Of a stretch of DNA of 32,000 bases, positions 8,264-17,961 are shown piece by piece. Origin of the DNA: a virus; the IMG/VR virus record IMGVR_UViG_3300045988_099134, positions 42,922 through 74,921 of that record; one strand, written 5' to 3'. Positions within the stretch are counted from its first letter, which is position 1, and each line of letters begins with the position of its first letter. Both the position numbers and the translations under genes were made by a program. The notes below the pieces were generated by a model. It made no database searches and had not been told where the DNA came from. It worked only from the letters and a program-made list of their open reading frames with translations.

Positions 8264-8976
8264 TGTACGAAAAAATTGTCGAACAATTGAAAAACTATTG
8301 TTCGTGCATAAAGGAAAGCGATTTAGAAGCAGATAAGCTTGAAAAGAATGTTGGAGAACTAATTGATTTAATTAGTACCATCACTTGTTGGAAAAACCAT
8401 CCTTGTGAGACTTTCCTCTCATCTCAAAGAGAGGAAGTCTTTGATGTTGGTGAATTTAAGAAATGTGGTTGCGATTCAGGAATTGTACGCATACCGCTAT
8501 TCTATCCAATGATTGACCCAACAACGATTGAAGTATCTGTTATCACTAGAGAAAGAATTACATTTACTACTCACAAATTAGAAGTCGATAAAGATTTTTC
8601 TTATAACCCATACGACAGTATCGTGTACGTTGATTTATCTAATATCGACTACAAAGATGTGTGCAATTGTGGATGTGATGAATTATCTAAGATCGTTGTC
8701 AGTTATGTAGCTGGATATGAAACGATACCTGAATGTCTATTGCCTGTATTCTGCGACTTTCTACAATTTGTTATCGCAATGAATAGATGCGAATGTGGTT
8801 GTAGCACTTGTGAAGAAACAGATGGTAGTGATGTTCTTATCTCAGAAGAAAATTCTGATGCTCAGATTTCAATTAGTGTGTATGTTCGTGAACATATTAC
8901 AAAAGCGTATTCAGAGCAGTTAGGTATCTTGTCAGTATGTAATTCAAAAGACACATGGGTTGGTGCAGTAGTATGA
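8263..8976 (+). CDS. cysteine-rich head-completion/connector-position protein
   Basis: 237 aa with a TAATG overlap to the capsid stop. It has 16 Cys, mostly in CxC/CxxC clusters (CSC, CGCDSG, CNCGCDE, CECGCSTCEE). Family not recognised. Confidence 0.6.
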   Translation: MYEKIVEQLKNYCSCIKESDLEADKLEKNVGELIDLISTITCWKNHPCETFLSSQREEVFDVGEFKKCGCDSGIVRIPLFYPMIDPTTIEVSVITRERITFTTHKLEVDKDFSYNPYDSIVYVDLSNIDYKDVCNCGCDELSKIVVSYVAGYETIPECLLPVFCDFLQFVIAMNRCECGCSTCEETDGSDVLISEENSDAQISISVYVREHITKAYSEQLGILSVCNSKDTWVGAVV

Positions 8977-9215
8977 GAATTAAATATATTGGAATGAAAA
9001 GTTCCACAAAGAAAAACGGATGCCCTGTATGCGGTGCGAAAGCCAAATCAAACACATCTTATGATTATTCAAAACGTATGTGTTTGCCTAGTGGCCTAGT
9101 AAAAATATTCCTTATGAACAAAGTTGAGGAAGTATCGTATGAAGACGGTGTATTCCTAAAAGGCTTTAAATACGTCTATGGAGGCAAACTTTATTACCCC
9201 TTTATCGAGGTGTAG
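8973..9215 (+). CDS. small hypothetical protein with CPVCG motif
   Basis: The ORF track starts it at 8955. The ATG at 8973 forms an ATGA overlap with the preceding stop and is the more likely start (80 aa). Confidence 0.5.
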   Translation: MRIKYIGMKSSTKKNGCPVCGAKAKSNTSYDYSKRMCLPSGLVKIFLMNKVEEVSYEDGVFLKGFKYVYGGKLYYPFIEV

Positions 9216-9218
9216 GAA

Positions 9219-9674
9219 ATGCTAAAAGGCCTCTTAGAAGATGTTATAGAAGCGTGTGAAGAAGATTTTGAAGGATTGGCTAGTGAATTAGAAGAAACCA
9301 TGCGAGAAGAAGCTCCAAGAGGGAGTAGATTCTATGCTCAAGAAATGACAAGTATGCCATGGAATGAATATAGGCCAGGTGCTTTAAAGGATTCAATCAC
9401 GAAGGAAAAAGTATCTAATACCGAATATCTAATCGGTGTAGATGCAGACAAACTAGAAAAAGATTCTAGAAACCCTTCTCACGTTGATTACTCCCCAATG
9501 GTACAGAATGGAACGAAACGAGTTTATACGTTAGTGCGTAAAAACGGAAGGCCATTCGTTTGGGTAGATGAAATGGGAAAGAAACACTTTGCACACAAAA
9601 TTAAGATGCCACCTAGAAAGGCAAATGATTTTGTTGCTAGAGCGGTATCTAGATTTGATGCAAAAGTTAAATAA
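9219..9674 (+). CDS. HK97 gp10-like head-tail joining protein
   Basis: 151 aa. EEAPRGS...GALKDSITKEKV...VDYSPMVQNGTKR matches the pattern I associate with the HK97 gp10 family (GALRDSI ... Y...VE.GT). Position is between the head and tail genes. Confidence 0.6.
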   Translation: MLKGLLEDVIEACEEDFEGLASELEETMREEAPRGSRFYAQEMTSMPWNEYRPGALKDSITKEKVSNTEYLIGVDADKLEKDSRNPSHVDYSPMVQNGTKRVYTLVRKNGRPFVWVDEMGKKHFAHKIKMPPRKANDFVARAVSRFDAKVK

Positions 9675-9686
9675 AGGAGATTAAAA

Positions 9687-9848
9687 ATGGAAGAAAAAGT
9701 TTCAAAAGCTAAAAAGACTCCTGAACAGAAAGTAGATGTTCAAGCATTTGTTTCACGCAAACTAAACGCTTTAAATCAATTAGGCGGTGCTAAAGCAGAG
9801 CGTGCTATGGAGCGTGTACTAAAAGCTACAATGGGAGGGCAAAAATAA
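9687..9848 (+). CDS. hypothetical 53-aa protein (below ORF-track cutoff)
   Basis: AAGGAGA (9674-9680) lies 6 nt before the ATG at 9687. Product MEEKVSKAKKTPEQKVDVQAFVSRKLNALNQLGGAKAERAMERVLKATMGGQK. Its stop overlaps the major tail gene start (TAATG), and it exactly fills the gap between flanking genes. Confidence 0.5.
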   Translation: MEEKVSKAKKTPEQKVDVQAFVSRKLNALNQLGGAKAERAMERVLKATMGGQK

Positions 9849-11254
9849 TGTCTAACTGCAACATTAACAAAATTATTAGTGACAAATTAAGTGTCTCTAA
9901 ATTAACTAAAACTCAAGAAATTGATATTACTATCATGAGTGATATTGATTCTTGTTTAAAAATCAATACTCGTAAATTTGAAAAGATTACAGGTACTGCT
10001 AGTGCTTATACATCACGTACTATTGCACCTGATTTAATCAACGTTTGCGAATCATTTGGATGTAAAAATACAGGTACATTGTTCATTACTTCTAAAGAAA
10101 CAGATGCATTAGAAGGAGAAGGAAACAAAGTACACACAAGTGGTGCGGTATTTAAAGCGTTGAAAAATGCATTAGACTTTGCGGCAGGTGTTGTTTACTA
10201 CTACGTGAATGTTCCTCAAGCAGGTACTTACACAATCACAACAAAGATTTCAGATGTTTTAGATCATGAAATGGCAAATGCAGATGAGTATACAAGCACT
10301 TTAAAAGCAGATAAAGAAGGGCTCTACCCTGTACAGATTGACCTATCTACTGTTCCTACAAATGTAGTAGGAAAAGGATGGGAAGCAAGTACATCAGGTG
10401 TCCGTTTAAGCATTGAAGTAGCATTAACAGATAAATCAACAGATAGTATCTTGATTGGTCTTTCTTCAATTTCTTTCTTTGAAGAATTTGCAGACTTAGA
10501 TTCTAACAACGACATTAAAGTAAGCTGCTTATCAGGATTTGATGGTGACGACACTGTAGACCCTGTAGATACAAGTTGCTTTGACGATTCTTATGATGAT
10601 GATTCTGCTTCTATTGAGCGTTCATTTACAGGTACTCAATTAACATCTAACTACTTAACTATGAACCCATTCATTGGCAAGGGAGATAAATCTCAAGGCT
10701 TTATGATGCGTACTCAGGAAGTAGTTATTGAAGCAGATAAAGAACATCCTGAATATGGTTCAATCCATATTGCAGACCACTTTGTTGAAGAATGTGGATT
10801 TATCTATGCAGCATTGAGTGACCAATGCAATATTACAGATTCTACATTGAACCGAATCAACACTCCATTGTTGGCTAACTTAGATGAGTCTCAATACCAA
10901 GTATTGAACAGTAAAATCAATCCAAGCTTAGATATTGAAGGTTCAAAGATTTACTTCAACAAAAATTTAGTAGGTAAAACATTAAAGATTTCTTATCCAA
11001 TGACTGTTGATGTATTGCAACACTATGTAGCAAACAACGATAGCTTAAAGAATAAGAGAGCAAAAGTTACAATCACTCGTTATAGAAGTGATGGAACTGC
11101 GGAAGTATTTACTTACCACAATGCAAAAATCACTTCATTCCCAATGGGTATCCCTGATGACGGAGCGTTTGAATTTAGCTTAGCGTTCAAGAAAGATACT
11201 CGTGGAAACTGGTATGAAGTTTATGTAGTAAACAAAGCTAACGCTAATTTATAG
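9848..11254 (+). CDS. major tail protein, large form (by position)
   Basis: 468 aa, immediately upstream of the chaperone pair and the tape measure. No separate tube-sized gene follows, which argues against a sheath/tube (contractile) arrangement. Confidence 0.55.
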   Translation: MSNCNINKIISDKLSVSKLTKTQEIDITIMSDIDSCLKINTRKFEKITGTASAYTSRTIAPDLINVCESFGCKNTGTLFITSKETDALEGEGNKVHTSGAVFKALKNALDFAAGVVYYYVNVPQAGTYTITTKISDVLDHEMANADEYTSTLKADKEGLYPVQIDLSTVPTNVVGKGWEASTSGVRLSIEVALTDKSTDSILIGLSSISFFEEFADLDSNNDIKVSCLSGFDGDDTVDPVDTSCFDDSYDDDSASIERSFTGTQLTSNYLTMNPFIGKGDKSQGFMMRTQEVVIEADKEHPEYGSIHIADHFVEECGFIYAALSDQCNITDSTLNRINTPLLANLDESQYQVLNSKINPSLDIEGSKIYFNKNLVGKTLKISYPMTVDVLQHYVANNDSLKNKRAKVTITRYRSDGTAEVFTYHNAKITSFPMGIPDDGAFEFSLAFKKDTRGNWYEVYVVNKANANL

Positions 11255-11273
11255 AAATTGAGAGGCAAATGAG

Positions 11274-11984
11274 ATGGAAGAACAAAAGATTTTAGAACCA
11301 ACACAGTTAAATGCCATGATTGAAAAGTTAAAAGTAGCTCGTGAGGATGATACTCCTCACGCAGTCTATGGCAATGGTGGTGAAATTGCGGTTGTTGGTG
11401 ATGCAAATAAGACAGATGTTAAAACAATTGATATTGAAGTGAGTTTTAGATTCACTGAAAAAGAAATCGAAGAACATAAAATTGATGTTCCTGATAACGC
11501 TAAAAGGGTAGGGCAATATGTTATGTTCGATAAGAAGTTTGAAAATCTAACATTATCTCCTAGACAAGATATGAAGATGGTAGAAGCTTTAATCGAAGTA
11601 AAACCATTGCTATTGGATGCAGAACAAATCCTAGACCCATATAAAGAAAAATTCCAAGAAATCGAGGAATACTATGGTCACAAATTCATTGAAGGAAAAG
11701 ATGGAATCGTTACAACAGACACAGATGATGAAGAAGTGAGCAAAACTATGGTTCAGATTTATGAAGCGTATATGAATGAAGCAAACGAACAGATTTTCCA
11801 TTTATACGCTCAATCCTCTACAAATTTAGTTGATGGACTTTATAAAGTTGTTGCAATTTTCTTAGGATTAGATGAATTTTATGAAGATCACATGATGCAA
11901 TATTCAGTTTTAACTTGCATGATTAGCCTAATTATCAAATATCCTGAATTATTTAATGAGGTAGAAACAGTTTTTATCAAATAA
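11274..11984 (+). CDS. tail assembly chaperone (G-type product)
   Basis: 236 aa, acidic. It occupies the conserved slot between the major tail protein and the tape measure, and its 3' end is overlapped by an open -1 frame. Confidence 0.6.
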   Translation: MEEQKILEPTQLNAMIEKLKVAREDDTPHAVYGNGGEIAVVGDANKTDVKTIDIEVSFRFTEKEIEEHKIDVPDNAKRVGQYVMFDKKFENLTLSPRQDMKMVEALIEVKPLLLDAEQILDPYKEKFQEIEEYYGHKFIEGKDGIVTTDTDDEEVSKTMVQIYEAYMNEANEQIFHLYAQSSTNLVDGLYKVVAIFLGLDEFYEDHMMQYSVLTCMISLIIKYPELFNEVETVFIK

Positions 11985-12304
11985 TTGATAAGGGGGATGA
12001 TAAAAAGGATTCAGTAAAAAAAGCAAAGTCTTATGTTGCAGAACTAAATCTTTATTCAACCATGGCTCATTATGTCGGTAAAATTCTAAAAATACGCCCC
12101 AATGAGATATTAGACCATTGGGGTGTTTCTGAATTAGTTGTAGCCTTTGGGTACTACGCAAATCTACAAAGCGATAAAACATGGAATGAAATTAACGAGG
12201 CAAATAAAAATTCTAAAAAGAAAATACCTCAGATTGACAGATATGCGGTTCATTTCATGCAGAAAACAGATTTAGCGAAGGAGTCCGAAGATGTCAGTAC
12301 GTGA
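11975..12304 (+). CDS. -1 frame extension of the tail chaperone (GT-type frameshift product, joined to 11274..11975)
   Basis: The -1 frame is open from 11960 to 12304. The ATG at 12062 used by the ORF track has no RBS. A T5 tract (GTTTTTA, 11970-11976) lies in the 25-nt overlap, and the extension ends inside the tape measure start. Confidence 0.5.
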   Translation, partial: YQIIDKGDDKKDSVKKAKSYVAELNLYSTMAHYVGKILKIRPNEILDHWGVSELVVAFGYYANLQSDKTWNEINEANKNSKKKIPQIDRYAVHFMQKTDLAKESEDVST

Positions 12305-15300
12305 AGTCGGTGCTAGGTTAGTCCTTGACATTAAGGATGCCGAAGCAAGAATAAAACAACTCGAAAAAGAGTTAAAAGAAATTGAAAAGGTAAAACTCAA
12401 ATTTGATGCTAACACCCAAGAATTAGAAAGAATTAAGGCAAGATTAGAAGAAATCAAAAAAGAAAAGGAAGCTTTAGAAAGACAAAAGCTTGCTCTGAAA
12501 GTAGATTTGGATAATCTAGCTAATTTCAAGAATCAATTATTGGATATTAAAGATGATATTAGTGAGCTTAAAAAAGAGTTATTAGCCTTGAGTAATAAAA
12601 AGCTTTCTATTGATATTGATTTAAAAGCTAATGCCAACGAAATTCATGATGTCATTAATGACATGACACTAGGTGAAAACGATAAAAGCGACAAGCTTAA
12701 AGACCTATACAGTGCACGTGAAGCTCTCAAATATGATATGCGAGAGGTTGGCATTGAAATTGATGAAGTACAAAAGAAAATTAACAATCTTAACAAAGAG
12801 AAGATAAAGATTGAAGCTAACATCAGTGAATTAAATGATGCTCAAAAATTGGTTGATGAGATTGATGATTCAATCGCAGATTTAGATAAAGAAAAAATAA
12901 AATTAGAAGCTGATTCTTCTAAGTTAGAAGATACAAATAAAAAGCTAGATGAAACAATCAAAAAAGAGAATGATGTAAGAAACACAAAGGCTGATATTGA
13001 GTCACAAGTTATCGGCTATCAAGATAGTTTGAATAAACTAAACAATCTTCAACAAGCTGCTAAAGCATTAAAATCAGCTAGTAAGATTACATTTGATGTT
13101 GGAAATAAGATGTCAAATCTAGGCTCTAGTATGTTGAACATTGCTAAGAATTTCCAAAACAATCCAATAGGAGATATTGGACGATTCTTAGTACAAGGTG
13201 TTGGATATTCTAGTTTGTATAGATTGGTTTCAGGTGCACAAAACGCAATGGGCGAAGCATTTTCAAACGGTGTTAAAAGATACGATACAATCAAAGTTGC
13301 GAAAAGAACATTGTCCACTGTAGTAGGTGATGTAGACGATTCTACAACGAAAATCCAAAAGATGATTGATAACCTAGATGAAAGCATTTTGGGCCTACCA
13401 ACCACTTTAGATGACGCTCTAAGCCATGTCACGAGATTTACTTCAATCAATCATGATTTAGATAGGTCTCAAAAGCTATTCTCGGCAATTAATGATTCCA
13501 TTTTGACATTCGGTGGTGATTCTGAGGGGGTAAACAATGCGGTTACTCAGTATTCTCAAATCATGGGTTCTAAAATGGATGCTCGTACATTGAGATCAAT
13601 GGAAGATGCAGGTATGACACCAGCCTTAACTGCTATTGCAAAGAAATTTAATATGTCATTTGCAGAGTTTAGAGAAGCATTTACAGGTTCAAATCCAACT
13701 ATTTCATTACAACAATTTGAAGATGCTCTGATTGAATTGGATGAAAAAGGTGGTGGTGGCCTAAATTCGTTGGCAACTATGGTTAAATCATCTGTAGCCA
13801 CAATCTCAAACGGTCTTGACTTAATCCCTAAGAGATTTAGTAAAGCCGAAGAAAAGTGGTTAGGTGCATTAGATGAGGTTTCAACGGAATTAACAGGAGC
13901 TACAATTTACGGAAATATCTATAAACTTTCTCAAAAAGTTGAAGGCTTAGGAGATATAGGAGCAAACTTCATTAGAAGCCATAAAAAAGAAATTGGCGAA
14001 GGCATAGACTTCATTAAAACGAAGTTCTCTGAATTATTGAGCGTTTTAAAAACGTTTAGTTTCAAAGATTTTGTTGGTGGATTTAAACAAGGATTAGATG
14101 ATTTCAAAGGAGCAATTGATTTCTTCAAGCCTCTTGTTAGCGGTCTATATAATTTTGCAAAAGATAAAATCACCGAAATGGGAGACGGAAGCTTTTCTAA
14201 AGGATTAGGACGTTTCGTATCAGACTACATCCAAATTGGTATTGGATTAAAGTATGCTGGTAAGTTAATGAAACTTGGAAGCGGTGGAATCAGTCTTTTA
14301 GGAGATTTATTAAACATTTCTTCAAAATTCAAAGGAAAAAGTTTCAATATTCCATTCCTAGGAAAATTAGGAAGTAAATTTAGTTCTATTAAAAATGTAT
14401 TCAAAAGTTCAGATGAGATTACTACTGCGACAAGTACTCCAAAAACTTTTGATGTAGAAGGATTTAAAAATAAATTATCTTCATTAGCTATCATAGCTGG
14501 TGGGGCAGGAACAATTATTCTTTATTGCAAAGCGATAAAGGAAATTGAAAAGAATGTTCCAAATGACATTACAACATTGCCTATGCGATTAACAAATTTG
14601 TTCTCTGTAATGGGATTGATGATGGGAGCTAACACACTTAATACAGCAGTTTCAAAAGCATTAGAGATGAACAATGCATTAACAGGATTAGCAATGATGA
14701 TTGGTCAAGGCGGAGCTTTATGGCTATTTGCAAAAGCTATGCAAGAGCTAGATAAAACTATGCCTGATGGATTCGATACATTCAATGATAAGTTATTAGG
14801 CTTATTTGAGTGCATTGGCTCTATGACACTTATTACAGGTATTCAAGGTGGTGCTGGTGTCCTAACGGGTGGAATCACTACATTGGCCCAAGTGCTAGGA
14901 ATGGTAACAACAACAGGACTAGCTGGTACGTTGATTGCTTGTGCTAAAGCTATGCAAGAAGTCGATAAGAATGTTCCTTCAAACACAAAAGGATTGAAAA
15001 AGAAAATCCAAGGAATTATGGATGTCATTGATATGTTTGAAGGTGAAGGAACACTTTCTTCTTGGTGGAGTCAAGTTATTAAAAGTTCTGAGTCTTTATG
15101 GAAGGACATGGAGACTTGGAATATCACTAGGATTTTAAAGAAACTTGTCACTATTGGAGAATCAATTTCAAAAGTACAAGGAATGAGTATTGATAGTAGT
15201 TCTTTCAACGATCAATTCAAAGATATTCAAGATGTAATCAAGAATATTAATGATTTTGAGTTTCCTACAGTTAGCACATCAAGTGCAACAAACATTGCGG

Positions 15301-16874
15301 ATGCAAACAGTATCGTTAAGAACTATACAACAATGGCTTCTAGCCTTTCTAAAATGTCTAGTATCAACGGAAGTTCAATTAACGTTGAGAATTGTACAAG
15401 CATTTTAAAGAATGTAGCTAGTGTTGTTCAAGAAATGAAAAAGATTGTATTCCCTGATGTTACAAAGAGTATTAAATCTAATTTAAACTCTACAAATGCT
15501 CAAGAGTTCCTAGATACATTGAAGATTTTGGAACAGATTGTTCCTGAATTTGGAAACTTGCAAGCAACAATCACAAACAATCATTTACCAAATGCAGAGG
15601 ATATTCAAAAGACAATCACTAGTATTTCTCAAGCGATTGGATATATTTCTGTAGCTGGTGTTGGAACAGGAAAAGACAAGAATATGTTGTCTTACAACTT
15701 GAGACAAATGCCTGATTCTAAGCTATTTAATAACGCACTAAAGGCGATTACAACTTTAGGCGATATAATCCTCAAGTTTGGAACTTTGAACGTCTATTCA
15801 ACTGATTTCGACTTTGAATCATTACGAGCAAATATTAAAAGTATTGGAAATGCAGTGAATGAAATGGCAACCAACAAAGGATTAACTGAAAACCTAGAGA
15901 ACATGGACACAGTTAATAAGACTGTTTCTAAGTTAAAGAAAACGTGTGAAAACTTAAATTCTATCGTTGGATTAAATCTAGACTTTGTTAAGGTTGGAGA
16001 AGTCACAACAGGTATTCAAACATTCCTAAACAATGTTAAAGGATTGAAAGTTGGAGAAGCTACTACAGATGTTGTTACAGAAGTAAACTCAATCGTAACT
16101 TCCTTCCACAATATGGCAACAACTTTATCAAACATGAAGTCTGAATTTAATACCTCTGGTACAGATATGGCAAATGGAATTATTGAAGGTTTCAAAAGTA
16201 TTGATATTGAAGGTTCATTTGGAACTAAGATTGATAATGCTAAAGCTTCATTGAAGAAGAAAAGCTTCAAATCCGTAGGTAAGAAGTTTGGAAAAGATGT
16301 TGTAAGTGGATTTAGTGAAGGCATCTCTAATATGTCTAGTTCAATCTCTAATCAGATTACTATGATGTATGGATATTCAACACGATTCACAGATTTAGGG
16401 CAGTACTTAGGAAGTGCATTTAAAAATGCGTTCAACAATCAATCAGGAAGCATTAATACAGGCGGTACAACTACTCCTACAGTAAACAGAGGAAATGAAT
16501 CACAAGGAAAAAACTTTAAGTTTGCTAAAGGTGGCCCAGTTTACTTGAAAAAAGGCGGACAACCTATCGTTATGAAGCCTAGTGGAACAGATACAGTGCC
16601 TGCTATGTTGACTCCTGGTGAGTATGTAATGAAACGTAGTGCAGTTAAGAACGCAGGCCAAAGCTTCATGGATAAAGTAAATAACATGGATTTAAAAGGT
16701 GCGTTCAAAGAATTGTCTACTAGATATGGTTCTCATGTTGGAAATGTTGTTAATAAGAACGTGACTATCAACAATAACGATAATCGTGTTACGAATAACA
16801 GTATCGCTTTCAACGAAGGAAACGAAAGAAGGCAGGCTATCAAAGTAGGTAGATGCTTGAGAGGTTTGGCATAA
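12291..16874 (+). CDS. tail tape measure protein
   Basis: 1527 aa. It has an N-terminal coiled coil, a central Gly-rich hydrophobic triplicated segment, and a C-terminal GTDTVPAMLTPGEYVMKRSAV motif of the kind common at tape-measure C-termini. RBS AAGGAG. Confidence 0.9.
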   Translation: MSVREVGARLVLDIKDAEARIKQLEKELKEIEKVKLKFDANTQELERIKARLEEIKKEKEALERQKLALKVDLDNLANFKNQLLDIKDDISELKKELLALSNKKLSIDIDLKANANEIHDVINDMTLGENDKSDKLKDLYSAREALKYDMREVGIEIDEVQKKINNLNKEKIKIEANISELNDAQKLVDEIDDSIADLDKEKIKLEADSSKLEDTNKKLDETIKKENDVRNTKADIESQVIGYQDSLNKLNNLQQAAKALKSASKITFDVGNKMSNLGSSMLNIAKNFQNNPIGDIGRFLVQGVGYSSLYRLVSGAQNAMGEAFSNGVKRYDTIKVAKRTLSTVVGDVDDSTTKIQKMIDNLDESILGLPTTLDDALSHVTRFTSINHDLDRSQKLFSAINDSILTFGGDSEGVNNAVTQYSQIMGSKMDARTLRSMEDAGMTPALTAIAKKFNMSFAEFREAFTGSNPTISLQQFEDALIELDEKGGGGLNSLATMVKSSVATISNGLDLIPKRFSKAEEKWLGALDEVSTELTGATIYGNIYKLSQKVEGLGDIGANFIRSHKKEIGEGIDFIKTKFSELLSVLKTFSFKDFVGGFKQGLDDFKGAIDFFKPLVSGLYNFAKDKITEMGDGSFSKGLGRFVSDYIQIGIGLKYAGKLMKLGSGGISLLGDLLNISSKFKGKSFNIPFLGKLGSKFSSIKNVFKSSDEITTATSTPKTFDVEGFKNKLSSLAIIAGGAGTIILYCKAIKEIEKNVPNDITTLPMRLTNLFSVMGLMMGANTLNTAVSKALEMNNALTGLAMMIGQGGALWLFAKAMQELDKTMPDGFDTFNDKLLGLFECIGSMTLITGIQGGAGVLTGGITTLAQVLGMVTTTGLAGTLIACAKAMQEVDKNVPSNTKGLKKKIQGIMDVIDMFEGEGTLSSWWSQVIKSSESLWKDMETWNITRILKKLVTIGESISKVQGMSIDSSSFNDQFKDIQDVIKNINDFEFPTVSTSSATNIADANSIVKNYTTMASSLSKMSSINGSSINVENCTSILKNVASVVQEMKKIVFPDVTKSIKSNLNSTNAQEFLDTLKILEQIVPEFGNLQATITNNHLPNAEDIQKTITSISQAIGYISVAGVGTGKDKNMLSYNLRQMPDSKLFNNALKAITTLGDIILKFGTLNVYSTDFDFESLRANIKSIGNAVNEMATNKGLTENLENMDTVNKTVSKLKKTCENLNSIVGLNLDFVKVGEVTTGIQTFLNNVKGLKVGEATTDVVTEVNSIVTSFHNMATTLSNMKSEFNTSGTDMANGIIEGFKSIDIEGSFGTKIDNAKASLKKKSFKSVGKKFGKDVVSGFSEGISNMSSSISNQITMMYGYSTRFTDLGQYLGSAFKNAFNNQSGSINTGGTTTPTVNRGNESQGKNFKFAKGGPVYLKKGGQPIVMKPSGTDTVPAMLTPGEYVMKRSAVKNAGQSFMDKVNNMDLKGAFKELSTRYGSHVGNVVNKNVTINNNDNRVTNNSIAFNEGNERRQAIKVGRCLRGLA

Positions 16875-17950
16875 TGACTTGTTATAACTTAAACCCATTA
16901 AAAACATACGTTCAGTTCAATGATCTTGTAATAGACAGTGCGGAGGAGATTTCCTCTGCCTCTCTAAAGCAAGATACAAAGACTGCAACACAAGAATATA
17001 GTTACGGACATGGTAGTTATGTTGCTTTCCAAAAGAATCAACAGTTTCTTACGGAAGGTGATTTGTCCTTAACATTGAATTTTAATTATGAACATTTTCA
17101 TGATGAAGATAGAAGATTCCTACGTGACTATTTCAATTTGAATTTGCTTAAACCTGGAAGATTATGGGCTATTCAAGATAACAAATTGATTTGGGCATGG
17201 GCCTATGTCACAGGATTTAGTGAAGATTACAAAAAATACCAAGGTTATCTATCAATGGATATTGATTTTAAACTTTGGGAAGGTGTATGGCATATTGCAG
17301 ATACAAAGAAAACATTCTTAGTTCCTTACTCTGTATGTAATATCCTTGATTGTGAGGATTTCAGAGATGCTCAAGAGTGCTTATCGTGTTGTGTTACTTG
17401 CCCCCCTGATATGGAAACTTGCAATTCGTGTTTATGTGATTGTGGAGACATTACAGAGGAAACATCTTTATGTGTGATGGGAACTAAAGCGTTGGAAGAT
17501 TTTATGAATTGTGGCAATTCATACAAGATTGTCTATGATTGCATCAAAGGTGAACAAATTTTCGGTGATGATTTGATTAAGAACAAAATCTGTAAAAAAG
17601 ATTATTGTGTTGAGTCAATTGCTGGAAGATTCTACAGTGGAACAGTATTAGATACCGATAAGGTCAAATTGATTCTAGATGGTAAATTCCAAAACCCTGA
17701 AATTGAAATCAACGGAAACAAAATGATGATTTTAGGTGAATATGATGGAATTTTAACACTTGATTCAAGTTGGAACTTATACTTTACTGCGGATGGATGT
17801 TGTGCATCAGAGGAAGTAGATTTAGATAATCTAGTGATCGAAGATGAATTTGGGTTCACAGTACATCATGGAATGAATAGATTAGTGGTCACAGGCTCAT
17901 GTTGTAAGATGGCTTGTGTATATATAGATGTTGATGAACTTACAAATTAA
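16874..17950 (+). CDS. distal tail protein-position, cysteine-rich
   Basis: The ATG at 16874 overlaps the tape measure stop (TAATG); the ORF track alternative is 16853. It is the first gene after the tape measure, and it has 21 Cys including CNILDCEDFRDAQECLSCCVTCPPDMETCNSCLCDCGD. Confidence 0.6.
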   Translation: MTCYNLNPLKTYVQFNDLVIDSAEEISSASLKQDTKTATQEYSYGHGSYVAFQKNQQFLTEGDLSLTLNFNYEHFHDEDRRFLRDYFNLNLLKPGRLWAIQDNKLIWAWAYVTGFSEDYKKYQGYLSMDIDFKLWEGVWHIADTKKTFLVPYSVCNILDCEDFRDAQECLSCCVTCPPDMETCNSCLCDCGDITEETSLCVMGTKALEDFMNCGNSYKIVYDCIKGEQIFGDDLIKNKICKKDYCVESIAGRFYSGTVLDTDKVKLILDGKFQNPEIEINGNKMMILGEYDGILTLDSSWNLYFTADGCCASEEVDLDNLVIEDEFGFTVHHGMNRLVVTGSCCKMACVYIDVDELTN

Positions 17951-17961
17951 GGAGGCTTGCA

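Noticed and set aside
12272-16907. Many 60-130 aa minus-strand ORFs inside the tape measure gene
   Set aside because: All are nested antisense within a 1527-aa ORF with clear tape-measure features. None has an RBS, and their products are low complexity.
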